Source: Sarea resinae
Taxonomy: Eukaryota
NCBI GenBank assembly: GCA_026026165.1
Contig: JAPEUD010000036.1
Location: 1-64,000, forward strand
DNA length: 64,000 bases
Reading direction: 5' to 3'
Below are positions 26,701 through 36,959 of the stretch, one piece after another. Made by a program: the position numbers and the translations under genes. Within the stretch, counting starts at the first letter, position 1, and each line of letters opens with the position of its first letter. The notes below the pieces were generated by a model. That model did not search any database, had not been told where the DNA came from, and saw nothing but the letters and a program-made list of their open reading frames with translations.

Positions 26701-28475
26701 GCTATAGCAAACAAGGGCGCGTGGAATCGTTCCTCGAGAATCGCGCCAGATTTCTTGCCGAGGTCGACCGGCTAGCCGCGAATTTTGGTGCTCCCGGTGC
26801 TCATGGCAGCTCCTGTGAGACCGCTGGCTACTTTAATTCTGTCTACGTCAAACCAGCCTGGACACGATATCTTGAAAGAGCACAATCTGCAGAGACTTCT
26901 ACTTCTACCCTCATCGAGGCGTTCCCGTTCCACGCCTACTTTTCGAATGCTCCTCAACCGCTTTTCCCTGCCCAAGCGTCCAAGGAGACGATTATTGATA
27001 TAGCCCATGGATGCTACCGGCACGTAGAGAAGATCTTCTCTGAACTAGAGGACATACGGCCTTTCGAAATTCTGAGGACGTCCAGGGACAGGTCGAATTA
27101 TCTGCTTGTCAAGGAAGCTCGAATCGTGGCCATGACCTCCACACATGCGGCGATGAGAAGACAGGAGATTGCCAATTTAGGTTTCCACTACGACAACGTA
27201 GTAATGGAAGAGGCCGCCCAGATCACTGAAATCGAGAACTTCATTCCTCTGGCACTGCAGAACCCCAAAGATGGCGAGCTGCCTTTGCAAAGAGTGGTCC
27301 TGTGTGGTGATCATCTACAGAACTCGCCCGTCATCCAGAACCTCGCCTTCCGACAATTTGCTAATCTGGAGCAGAGCCTTTTCCTGCGATTGGTCCGATT
27401 GGGTGTGCCGACCGTGAATCTGGATCAGCAGGGCCGAGCTCGAGCTAGCATAGCGGAGCTGTATCGCTGGAGATATAAGCAGCTCGGCAGTTTGCCCATT
27501 GTCGAGGAATCTGCCGAATTCAAACTCGCGAACGCGGGCTTCCGATACGATTATCAGTTCATCAATGTGCCTGACTATAAAGGCGCGGGCGAGAGAGAGC
27601 CGACTCCTCACTTCATCCAGAATCTCGGCGAGGCCGAGTACGCCGTGGCTATCTATTCATACATGCGACTCCTGGGGTATTCCGCTTCAAAGATCTCTAT
27701 CCTGACTACCTACGCCGGTCAACGCGCTCTCATCATGGACGTCTTGAAACATCGTTGTGCGGGAAACCGCCTCTTCGGGATGCCCAGAATCGTCACTACG
27801 GTCGATAAGTACCAAGGCGAGCAGAACGATTGTGAGTCCATACCATATTCTTCCGTTCTGCCTTGCCTCACTCCTTTACTCCTCCCTTACCCTTGACACA
27901 TCCCTAACACTTTTCCGGCAGACGTGATACTCTCTCTCACGCGCACTTCCCGAGTCGGATACCTCCGCGACATCCGCCGCCTCACCGTGGCCCTCTCCCG
28001 CGCCCGCCTCGGCCTGTATATCCTCGGCCGCCGCGACGTCTTCGAGTCTTGCTACGAGCTGCGCGAAGCCTTCACGCGTCTCCTCCAACGGCCAGACAAA
28101 CTCACCCTTGTAACCGGGGAGATGTTCCCGGCGACCCGGCCGCTGGGCCAGGAGGTCGGGCCCGAGAAGGGCGAGACCGTCATGGAGGGCGTCGAACATC
28201 TCGGCCAGTACGTGTTCGAGATGACGCAGGCCAAGGTCGAGGCCCTGAGGAGGGCTGGCGCTGCGGCGGCTCCTCTTGCTGTCATGCCCGCCGCGGGCGA
28301 GGACGTCGAGATGGGTGATGCGGGGTCCTCGCTGCCTTTTGTGAATGAGGACGATGTTGGCGATGTTGGCGATGAGGACGAAGAAGAAGAAGAAGCGGAA
28401 GAAGCGAACGGTGACGAGGGACCAGGTTTCGAGCAAGAAGAATACGAAGACGTTCCCGATGGGCCCGGCGTGTAA
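23738..28475 (+). CDS. AQR: Intron-binding SF1 RNA helicase Aquarius (AQR/Cwf11), 7 exons
   Basis: Motifs LENLQFLERYLWP, PKLNLHYLTVGDFLWRSF, RRRGRENNFKPIL, Walker A GPPGTGKT, AHSNQALNQLF, MEEAAQ, FIQNLGEAEY, TVDKYQGEQND and LTVALSRARLGLY. Six GT-AG introns. Confidence 0.95.
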
Positions 28476-29477
28476 GTTTTGTTTTATGTCTAAACCTTTG
28501 GCTTTGGCCTTGGCCTTGGACGTTCAGGGTTGGAGGCCGTCGATGCTTTTCTACTTCATCACATCCATCTCCTCCTGTCACAGTGTACTTGTAGATGCCT
28601 CACGCCACCATCTCTTTTTTCTTTTTTTTTTTCTTTTTCTTCTTTTCTGTCTCGGCGTGAAATGGGATTTTCTTCTCTCTCTCCCTCTCTCCCTGCGTTT
28701 TCATATATCGGAGGTTTCTCCCCCAACGACGATTCGTGGACGATTCGTGTCTAGCTTGCTAGCTAGGGTAACGCAAGGGCGCGCCCGGGAACGAGGAGGC
28801 GAATAAGGTGGGGGCCCCTGGCTTCAGAAAAAGAATCGAACAGAATAGAAAAGAAAAAGAAAAGTACTATAGAACCATCTATCTATTTCGTGAGACTCAA
28901 TACTAATGTCCTCTGTGATTATGATTACCATCCGGGGGGGACTGGAAGGAAGGCGCGAGTCTTGAATTCCTCGATATCGGGCGTTACGGGCATGGGATGG
29001 TGGGGGGAGCAGGGCAGTCATAAGCGCGCGGCCGGCCGGAGTCTCGTCGCATTGCATCGCATCACATCACATCACATCACATCACCTCAAAAATCGCATC
29101 GGGCTTCGAATGTCTAGAACCTGTAGGGAACAGATATCGTGGAGCTGCTTTCTCGCGCGGGTCAATTGTACAGCAGATTCTAGGACACTTTGAAGCCTGT
29201 CATACCCTCCCCCGCTCCGTCTTTGTCCTGCTTGCTGTAAGAGGAATCATAGCTCATCGCGCCGTCTCCTCCTCATCTCCATCCGCCTTTCACTGCCATT
29301 CTTCCTCCGCCAATCCTCCTCCGTATAAGGTACTTATCAGAGTATCTTTGATGTCGATCTTGCGATTCAGCTACTTTTTAGTTGACGATGGCAACAGCAA
29401 TACTTGCGTTGGACGCGGTGATATCGTCATTAGCGGTAGGTAGGGCACCAGGGCTTTCGAGTTCCCGTGTTGCAACA

Positions 29478-29509
<32 letters not shown>

Positions 29510-29527
29510 TGTGTGTGTGTGTGTGTG
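29478..29527. repeat. Compound (GA)n(GT)n dinucleotide microsatellite
   Basis: Directly visible. Confidence 0.9.
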
Positions 29528-30410
29528 AGGGGAAATGATTATATTGATGTAATTATATTGGATCCGTAATTGGCACAAAACGCAGTAGATGAACGCTTTC
29601 GAACGAACGAGCCGAAACATGTGATACGAGGTGTGCTCCATCCATCAAAAAGACTCGTCATCATCATGACTTTACGTCGATGCAATGAGGGTAGGAGTAG
29701 CGCATTGAGGGCAGTATGTGCGTGTTCATCGACGCGAGAGCGGCAACGAGATTCCAATTTCAGAAGTCAATTCCGCCCCTCGTTTGAAACCCGCATTACA
29801 GGAGATCATGCGACATCGAGGGGAATGTTCCCGTCAGGTAAGATGAGGCATCAAGGTTTTTTAGCCTGGGGACAGACGAGAAATGGTCGAGGCTGTTTGC
29901 TCGTTGCTCGCACAAACGTTGCTAAGGTCATCCCACGCGTCATCCGAAATCGTAGGCAAAGTCAAATGGCAGCCTTGTTCTTCAAAAACACGCCTCAGCT
30001 GCACTGTCTGCGCTCCATCGCATGCAATTTCTTCTGCACGCATGGCTAGGATGTACTCTGGTGCGCATCAGACTTCAGATGAGGCTCCGGTGGTGGTGTT
30101 TGAGCAAACTGCGAACGGTTGCCTCAGTCAAGTTAGGCAATGGGAAGTATTTTGGCGGGTGGAGTGTTTGATAGATATTTGTGTGAGGCTTGACTTCTCT
30201 GCTCCGCTATAAAGCAAGGGCATGCACCGGGTCGGCATTGTTCGCTCATTCACTTGTTCGTCTCAAAATTTCTTCTTGAACTCTTTGTCTGCCTGCTTGC
30301 TGCACGCTGCGCCCTTGAGCAAATTGACCGTCGACTCGAACAATCGGTTCTAGCGTCCAGCCTCCAAGCTCCGATCAAGCTTAAGTAGAATCATCGCAGC
30401 ATTCTGAACA

Positions 30411-30881
30411 ATGGACAGAGATCGGGAACGACGTCGACGAGCACTTCGACAACAGAGGAAGCGCCGCGAACGGCTGTGCTGGATCTGGCCTAATGATGGC
30501 TACCGCAATGGCTTCTTTGGCGGTCTGAAAGACGTCATTACCGGAAAGGGCCCTGATATGTTTGTTGGTCGAGCAGGAGATCGTGGCCCGACGCGTCATC
30601 GCTGGACGCGTTTCAACGATTTCGATCCCTGGGGTGGCTTAGGGGACAATTCGATACGGCCATTCCCTTGGGCAGACCGCGGGACGAAACGCTACAACAT
30701 AGAGGAACGCAAGTACCAGCATTGGGCCTGGGATCGTGATCTTCCTGAAGGCAAACGAGGCCATCATTTCGATCCGCCAGGATATGGCTATTGGGAGCAG
30801 GGCCCAGACCACGTATACCGCTGGCGTTTGCACCCGTGTTGGGGTTGGCAATTGGATTATCGACCTCCTCCATATTACTAG
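30411..30881 (+). CDS. Small Trp/Arg/Gly/Asp-rich hypothetical protein (156 aa)
   Basis: Intronless ATG ORF in good context (ACAATGG) after a pyrimidine-rich leader. Strongly non-random composition (11 Trp, basic N-terminus). No family recognised with certainty. Confidence 0.7.
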   Translation: MDRDRERRRRALRQQRKRRERLCWIWPNDGYRNGFFGGLKDVITGKGPDMFVGRAGDRGPTRHRWTRFNDFDPWGGLGDNSIRPFPWADRGTKRYNIEERKYQHWAWDRDLPEGKRGHHFDPPGYGYWEQGPDHVYRWRLHPCWGWQLDYRPPPYY

Positions 30882-31907
30882 GCGCAAGCTTCATGATAAG
30901 CTTCCCAGAGCAATTCCGTATGGCTATCGGTGTCCTTCGTCGCTTGGCTCCTTCGCACGCTAGGGAGCTGAGGTTCCTTGTCGAGCAACTTACCACATGT
31001 CGCGCACGGCCTAGATTTGATGTCATGATATGATGCTAGCAGTTCCTGGACAGAATTAGATCAGACTTGTCCAATGTTCGGCTCTAATACTCACGAGCAA
31101 GTATTTGAGGCTGTTCGGGTGTGGGCGAGCTGCTATGCTACGAAGAATCGAAGCATACAGGTTGGAAGATCCCTTAGCGGTGACACGATACTTGGTTGGT
31201 CCTTCGCTGTCTGTCCGAATTTCGAAACGGATATTTGCTGGCGACGGGAGATGGACCTGTTTGTCTCAGCAATAGCAATGGCATCGTCTTGGCACAGGAT
31301 CCACCTACTTCGATTAGATTTTGCTCCTCATTCCAATGCAATGAAAGCTTCTCGTTTGCGTTCTTAAAGTTCGCCAAGATTGTTCCGTCATCGCCCTCTT
31401 CCATAAAATTATCCCCAGCATTGATCAAGTCGTTGTGCTGGGCATCTTTGTCTTGTTCAACCACACGATCCGCCATGGCTTCATCTCTGTCATACCAATC
31501 AGGATGACTCGTAACCCTCCACACATTTTCCGGGTGTCCATTCTCTCTCGTGCTCACTTGAGCCCGATCGATGATAGCTCGGTTTTCTTCTTGCAGCATC
31601 AACATCTTGAAGGCTTGCACCCCATGTGCGGCCTTGCTTGCCGCAAATTCGAACTCTTTGTAGAGCTGCGCTGGCTGATTGGGGTTCGTGGTGAGAGGCC
31701 GAATCATGTTGGGGATGGCAGGGCGGAGGTCCCGCAGCTAAGGAACGAGCGGTCAGCTGGATTGCAACAGCAAACTTAGCATTGGGGACATGCCTGGATG
31801 TGCATCTCTTTGAGGCGCACGAGTGCAGCTTCCAGACGGGCTTCATCCCATCCATTAGAGGGATCTTGAGGTCGATGAGATGGATCGTCTGTAGGCTGAG
31901 CTGCCAT
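30878..31907 (-). CDS. MED27: Mediator complex subunit 27-like protein, 4 exons
   Basis: Hand-spliced: ...WDEARLEAALVRLKEMHIQ|LRDLRPAIPNMIRPL...|VHLPSPANIRFEI...ARPHPNSLKYLL|ELLASYHDIKSRPCATCGKLLDKEPQLPSVR...WEAYHEAC*. The C-terminal CxxC...HxxC zinc site is typical of Med27. The first intron (31793-31738) is GC-AG. Confidence 0.72.
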
Positions 31908-34001
31908 TTTGCAGGATCTCACGAAAGCTCCCCGAGTCTCACGAAGTGAGTTTGGTAGATTGAGGGAAACGAGTTGGCACAAACAAGATCAAGATAGTTT
32001 AGAAGGTAAGGTAAGGTAGTTGATGTTGCAGCGAATTGTTTGAGCTGCATCTGCTAAGCTGGTCTATCTGGTCGGGAGAACAGTCTAGCCCGGAACGGCC
32101 CTTGAATTGATCTTCGCGCCATGTCATTCATCCATGGATCCCGCCTTTTCTCCCGGACTCCCGACCAAGATGGATCATCCCAACAGCAGAACGTCGCCGT
32201 TGGCGATTTCTCTTCGATCTTCGAGCAGCATGCTGCCAGTCTTCAGTGATGACTTGCGGCTATATAGAAATCCATCAAGACGCCGATGCGGTACACTACA
32301 TCCGAGAGTCGCCTCTCCTGTCACCCACCCTGTTTTGCAATATCCTAATTATCCGCCAACGATGCAATCGAGTATCCGCTTGATGCCGTAGAAGATACAC
32401 TCAAGGCTCTGGCCAGCTTGTATAGAGTATGCAGTGATGCATACAACTTCATTTACTCCTGTTCAATTGAATCGTGGCTGGGCATGGGTAGAAGATTTCA
32501 CGCGATGCAGCACTGGCCGCCGACTTCATAATCCAACCATAGGTCCATCCAGACGTCCTGTAGATTAACTTTCCTTGAGTGTTAGCATGAGCTCTTGAAG
32601 CACGACTACGGAAGTCAGCATTGCGGTCATGCGAGAACACCGAGCAACGGCCATCGTCATGGCCATGCTCCTTTATCCATGTCTGGAGGTCAAATTGCAA
32701 ATCCACGAAGAGAGCCCGAGGCCATTACCAAGCAGAACAAGTACTACTTACAGAAGCCTTCAATCGCTTTGCCCATCTACAAGATCGACGATTAGCTTCC
32801 GTACTAGAGGGAGTCTACCAAGTTGGATCAAATGCAATCGACCTAAGCTTCCGTGCTGGGATCATGACCTTTTCCGCTGCATCTCTCATCCTTGAGGGCC
32901 AGAGAGGGATAGGAGTGTGATCTGCGACATGGTGGCCGGCCGAGACGGCGTCAGTCATTGGCTTCGAGTCGTCTCTGTCAGATATACATCTCATCCATGG
33001 CCATGTTCTCCTCTTTCGCAATCGGCTGTAAACGAAGCCCCAAAGATCCGAGTGAGCTGCATGATCTGACCTCGTCGAGTCACCCTATGCATCTGGTTTC
33101 CTTCCAAGGACCATATATGTTAAAATGGGATTGCCGATTCGGAGCGATTCTTGTTCCAAGGTAGCATGTGTGATCTGACTGTAGAGATCCGGATGGGTTC
33201 AGGGTTCAGCAACTGCTGAGTAGCCATCCTACAGGAAACGGCCCGAAGAAGAGCGAGCCCCTACTGTTCCGCTCTCGGGATCTAGGGCTTCGCGGGGAGA
33301 TTCTTCACTACTCGAGTATGTGCTAGGGATGTACGAGTATGGGGGCCACACTGCAGGTGACGGCCTCGATACCAATATGTGCCTGCATCGCATGTCAACA
33401 TACTCCAGAACAGGATGCCTTCTCCATCTTCTCCTGGGCTGGCTGGCTTCAACTATGCATATTAAGGTACTCGTCGATATCGATCCATGATGTCTCCATC
33501 GATACGACGCAATGTGAGTAAGCCAGGAATCGCAGGAAGAACTCCATGGGTGAGCAAGCTACGATCATTGCCGGAACGGGGTCAGCCTACGACGGAGCGG
33601 TTCTCGCATCAACAACATTACTCGGAGTACATCGTACATCGTACGGGCGGTGGGCAGCGCGCGATAGGCGGCCCACCGCCATTGATGGTTATCTTTACGC
33701 TTTCCGTGATCCACCGGGCGAAAGAGCGCTATCTCGGCTGGCATGCGAACACCTCATCGTCCACGAGAGTACAAGAGGGTCGGGCACGGCTCGTCATGAG
33801 CAATTCCTTCCCGTCTCGAACGGTATCATTTCACGGTAGCTAGCAGGAGCTACAACCTTGGAGAGAACGTGCTTGCTTGATGATATCGTCCCTTGGCATT
33901 ATTCCCTTTGATTTTCTAGCTCGCCCAGCTTGCAGACTCCCCCAGACATCAATCTAAATATCAAGGTGCAGCAGGGGCTTCCATCCGAAACACCGACAAG
34001 A

Positions 34002-35303
34002 ATGTCTCTGCTCTCCCTTCCCAACGAGCTTCTGAGCACAATCATCTCTCTCGTTTCACCCACCAACTTCCGCGAGGACGTTGACCGCCTCCTTGTCTGC
34101 AAACGATGGTATACCCTCGCGCGCGAGGTTCTCCACAGCGACGTCGTCCTGTACGCCGACGACCTCCCTTCGCTTTTCTCCTCCATCACCGCTTCCGGGA
34201 ACCTCTCCCACGTCTACGAACCTCTCCAGCATACGGCCAAACGCCTCCGAGTCCGCTTCCAAACTCATGAGGCCAAATTGGCCCGCCGAACAGCCGCTCT
34301 CAACCTCTCTGATCCAAAGTACAACCCATCCGATGATTTGGAAACCGAGTACGGATCGCCCGCCCTCACGAATCCAGGTCTTCAGCAGTTCGCGTTGACC
34401 GTTCTTCCACACCTAACCCGACTTCACACTCTTGAGATCGTCGCCCTCGACGGCCTGCGCCGGGGCAACCCGCGGGGCGACTATCTCTGGGATGATTCAT
34501 TGGCCTCAGTCCTAGAAAATCTCCCGAGTCCTTTGACCTTCGGTGCAAGAATGGACGATGGGTTCCAGCCGCAGCGTCTCACTACCCTCGTGATTGATAC
34601 GCGCGGCACCATCCTCGTTCCGCGAAGCAGCGAAGATATTGGCGGCAAACCCCCATTACACATGTGTACAGTGATATCCAGCCATCTCCCCGCACTCAAA
34701 GATGTCAGGCTGCGAATGCAGCGCGTGTGTCCCGAGATACTCAATCTGGCCTCCGGCACCAATTGCCGTTCCCGCTCCCATTCGGCCGTGGATACAGAGG
34801 GTCATGATCTGAAAACGACCAAAGGGAAACCTTGCCAACTGGAAAGCTTGCAAATCGACCTCGGTCTGAATGAGGAAGAGGATGACACATCCACGGGAAC
34901 ACCGCTGGAAACATTCTCCCGTCACTGTACCAATGATGGTGTGTATGGTTTCAAGCTCATGCAGGTGTTGGTTGGGGCCGCTAGAAAGCTCGTGGCGGCC
35001 AGCAAAGGGGAGCTTGGGTCCGAAGTGGCCCCACCTATCGATCAAGAGGGCGCAGGTTCAGCCGCCGCGGCCGATGGACTTGTCGAAGGAGGACAGGCCG
35101 ATCTGATTGATCCAGATCCAACTGGAGGCTATGAGATCACTCAGTTACGCCGACTGGAGGTCCGGTGCCACAACTGGAGCATGAAGCGCGCAGTCGAATG
35201 CGTCTCGGGCAGAAACACTGGTTCCAGCCGGTTGATCAAGTCCTTTCTGGAGAGCCCGGATCTACATGCGAGATGCCAACTCATTTCTGGCCGTTCCTCT
35301 TGA
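34002..35303 (+). CDS. F-box domain protein
   Basis: N-terminal F-box LLSLPNELLSTIISLV...RLLVCKRWYTLAREVLH, followed by degenerate LRR-like strands (LTRLHTLEI, LTTLVID, LPALKDVRLR). The ATG at 34002 is preferred over the TTG at 33930. Confidence 0.8.
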   Translation: MSLLSLPNELLSTIISLVSPTNFREDVDRLLVCKRWYTLAREVLHSDVVLYADDLPSLFSSITASGNLSHVYEPLQHTAKRLRVRFQTHEAKLARRTAALNLSDPKYNPSDDLETEYGSPALTNPGLQQFALTVLPHLTRLHTLEIVALDGLRRGNPRGDYLWDDSLASVLENLPSPLTFGARMDDGFQPQRLTTLVIDTRGTILVPRSSEDIGGKPPLHMCTVISSHLPALKDVRLRMQRVCPEILNLASGTNCRSRSHSAVDTEGHDLKTTKGKPCQLESLQIDLGLNEEEDDTSTGTPLETFSRHCTNDGVYGFKLMQVLVGAARKLVAASKGELGSEVAPPIDQEGAGSAAAADGLVEGGQADLIDPDPTGGYEITQLRRLEVRCHNWSMKRAVECVSGRNTGSSRLIKSFLESPDLHARCQLISGRSS

Positions 35304-35913
35304 GGAGATAGTACTGAAAGCCGTCTCCGAGGAGTGCGCAAAAAGAGCGACCATTTTTCCATTTACATCGGTGCGCCTACACACGGGTAGATTTTATTGT
35401 TTCTGGGAGTGGCGGGCCTTTTAAACTATCGGATGTAGGAGGTTCAGGCAGGCGTCGAGCCGTGGGTTTCTTGCACCGAGAGATCTCTTTTCACTCTTCT
35501 CGGCTGCCTTTTTTTTGGATTCTCGGCCTCAAACCCCGCAAGTGCACATGTCTCTCTCTCGGAGCGGAGCTCGGATCGGGGCATCTGTACCTACATTATC
35601 TGGCGTAGATGGTTGATTTACTCTCACAAGAACATGTTTGGATACAAAAGGATGCCATCAGCAAGGCAATCCGCTATGCGCAGACTTCCGAGGCCATTTC
35701 AGGGCCCCTCAAGTATCCAATTATACTAGACATGAATGGAGTAGGTAGGATTCAATAAAGCAGGAAGAAAAAGTCCCAATCCACGGGCCGAAGCAAACGA
35801 TGGGCCTGAAAGGAGTAGAATAGGTATCGAACCAACCAATCTGCCGTCATGGGGCAAATGTCAACGACTCTCACTCAGCCTAGGTACCTTCGGGAGAGAG
35901 AGACCAGCCCGGC

Positions 35914-35943
35914 AGACCAGACCAGACCAGACCAGACCAGACC

Positions 35944-35974
<31 letters not shown>
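35914..35974. repeat. (AGACC)n followed by (CT)n microsatellite
   Basis: Directly visible. Confidence 0.9.
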
Positions 35975-35976
<2 letters not shown>

Positions 35977-36250
35977 GGACCTTGGATCGCCAACGCCAAA
36001 TGTAAATGCAGCCCGCTCGCCCGTCCGATCCATGGCACCGCTATGCCGCCGTCCCCGTCGTCGTCGACGCCCCTCTGTCCCATGCCACGTTGCCTGCTCA
36101 GAACGTCTCCTGTGTCCTAGCCTCGTTCGCCCCCTCTCTCAATAGGTCGTCTGCGAAGCTTTTGTGTCTGCGGGGTCGATCGTATGAGCCATAAATCCGC
36201 GCCGCAACAAGGTCGGACAATGAGACGAGATGCACTCATACCGAAGTGAT

Positions 36251-36512
36251 CTAGTACTTGCGGACATCATGATGATCGTGCTCGGCACCGGCGAGGCAGT
36301 CGTTCGGCATGCTCTTGTTCTGGTAGGGGCATTTGCCCGTGTCTATGGTACGGGAAAGGAAATTGAGTCAGTCATGGTTTTTTTTTTTTTTTTTTTTTCA
36401 CTCGGCCACCTCGGGTGATAGGAGATAGGTGATGGATCGACTGACGGTGAGAGCAGAATTCGGTGCCGCTGACGGCGGTTTCCGAGCAGCTCGGGTGTGT
36501 GCACTGGGTCAT
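36251..36512 (-). CDS. Putative 52-aa Cys/His-rich microprotein, 2 exons (not in the ORF track)
   Basis: Exon 36512-36446, intron 36445-36343 (GTCAGT...CTGAC...CATAG), exon 36342-36251. Product MTQCTHPSCSETAVSGTEFCSHHTGKCPYQNKSMPNDCLAGAEHDHHDVRKY*. Start context AACATG, with a CT-rich leader upstream. Confidence 0.65.
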
Positions 36513-36959
36513 GTTCGCGGTGGAAGAAGCAGTCTGATCGATGATGGATGAGAAGAATCGGTCGAGCGGTGGCTGAAGAGAAAGTGGGATGTCGAAGTTG
36601 AAGTTGAAGTGGAACTTGAGGTTGAAGCTGAAGTCGGAGGTTCTTAAGGGGACGGCGTTGTGTGTGTGACACGTCGAGGGCCTCGCGCAGCTGTACGATC
36701 AGCAATGGTGGGGAGAGCTGTCGAGGATATCACGAGCCTGCCAGCACCACCACTTTGGCGGGGTAATAACGTGGCCGCTGATGGCCCAGTCGCGCGGCAC
36801 GTCGTTGAGCCCCATCATACGATCACCGGTCTCATGAAAGTTACGCTTCTGATGTCCGGGCGTGTTCAGGGTCCGTTCGGGGGTCCAGACCCTGAAGAAC
36901 TCGTCATATCTTCCAGACTAGCTAGTTCTGGCCATGAGCTTCTCGGACACCAAAGACGG

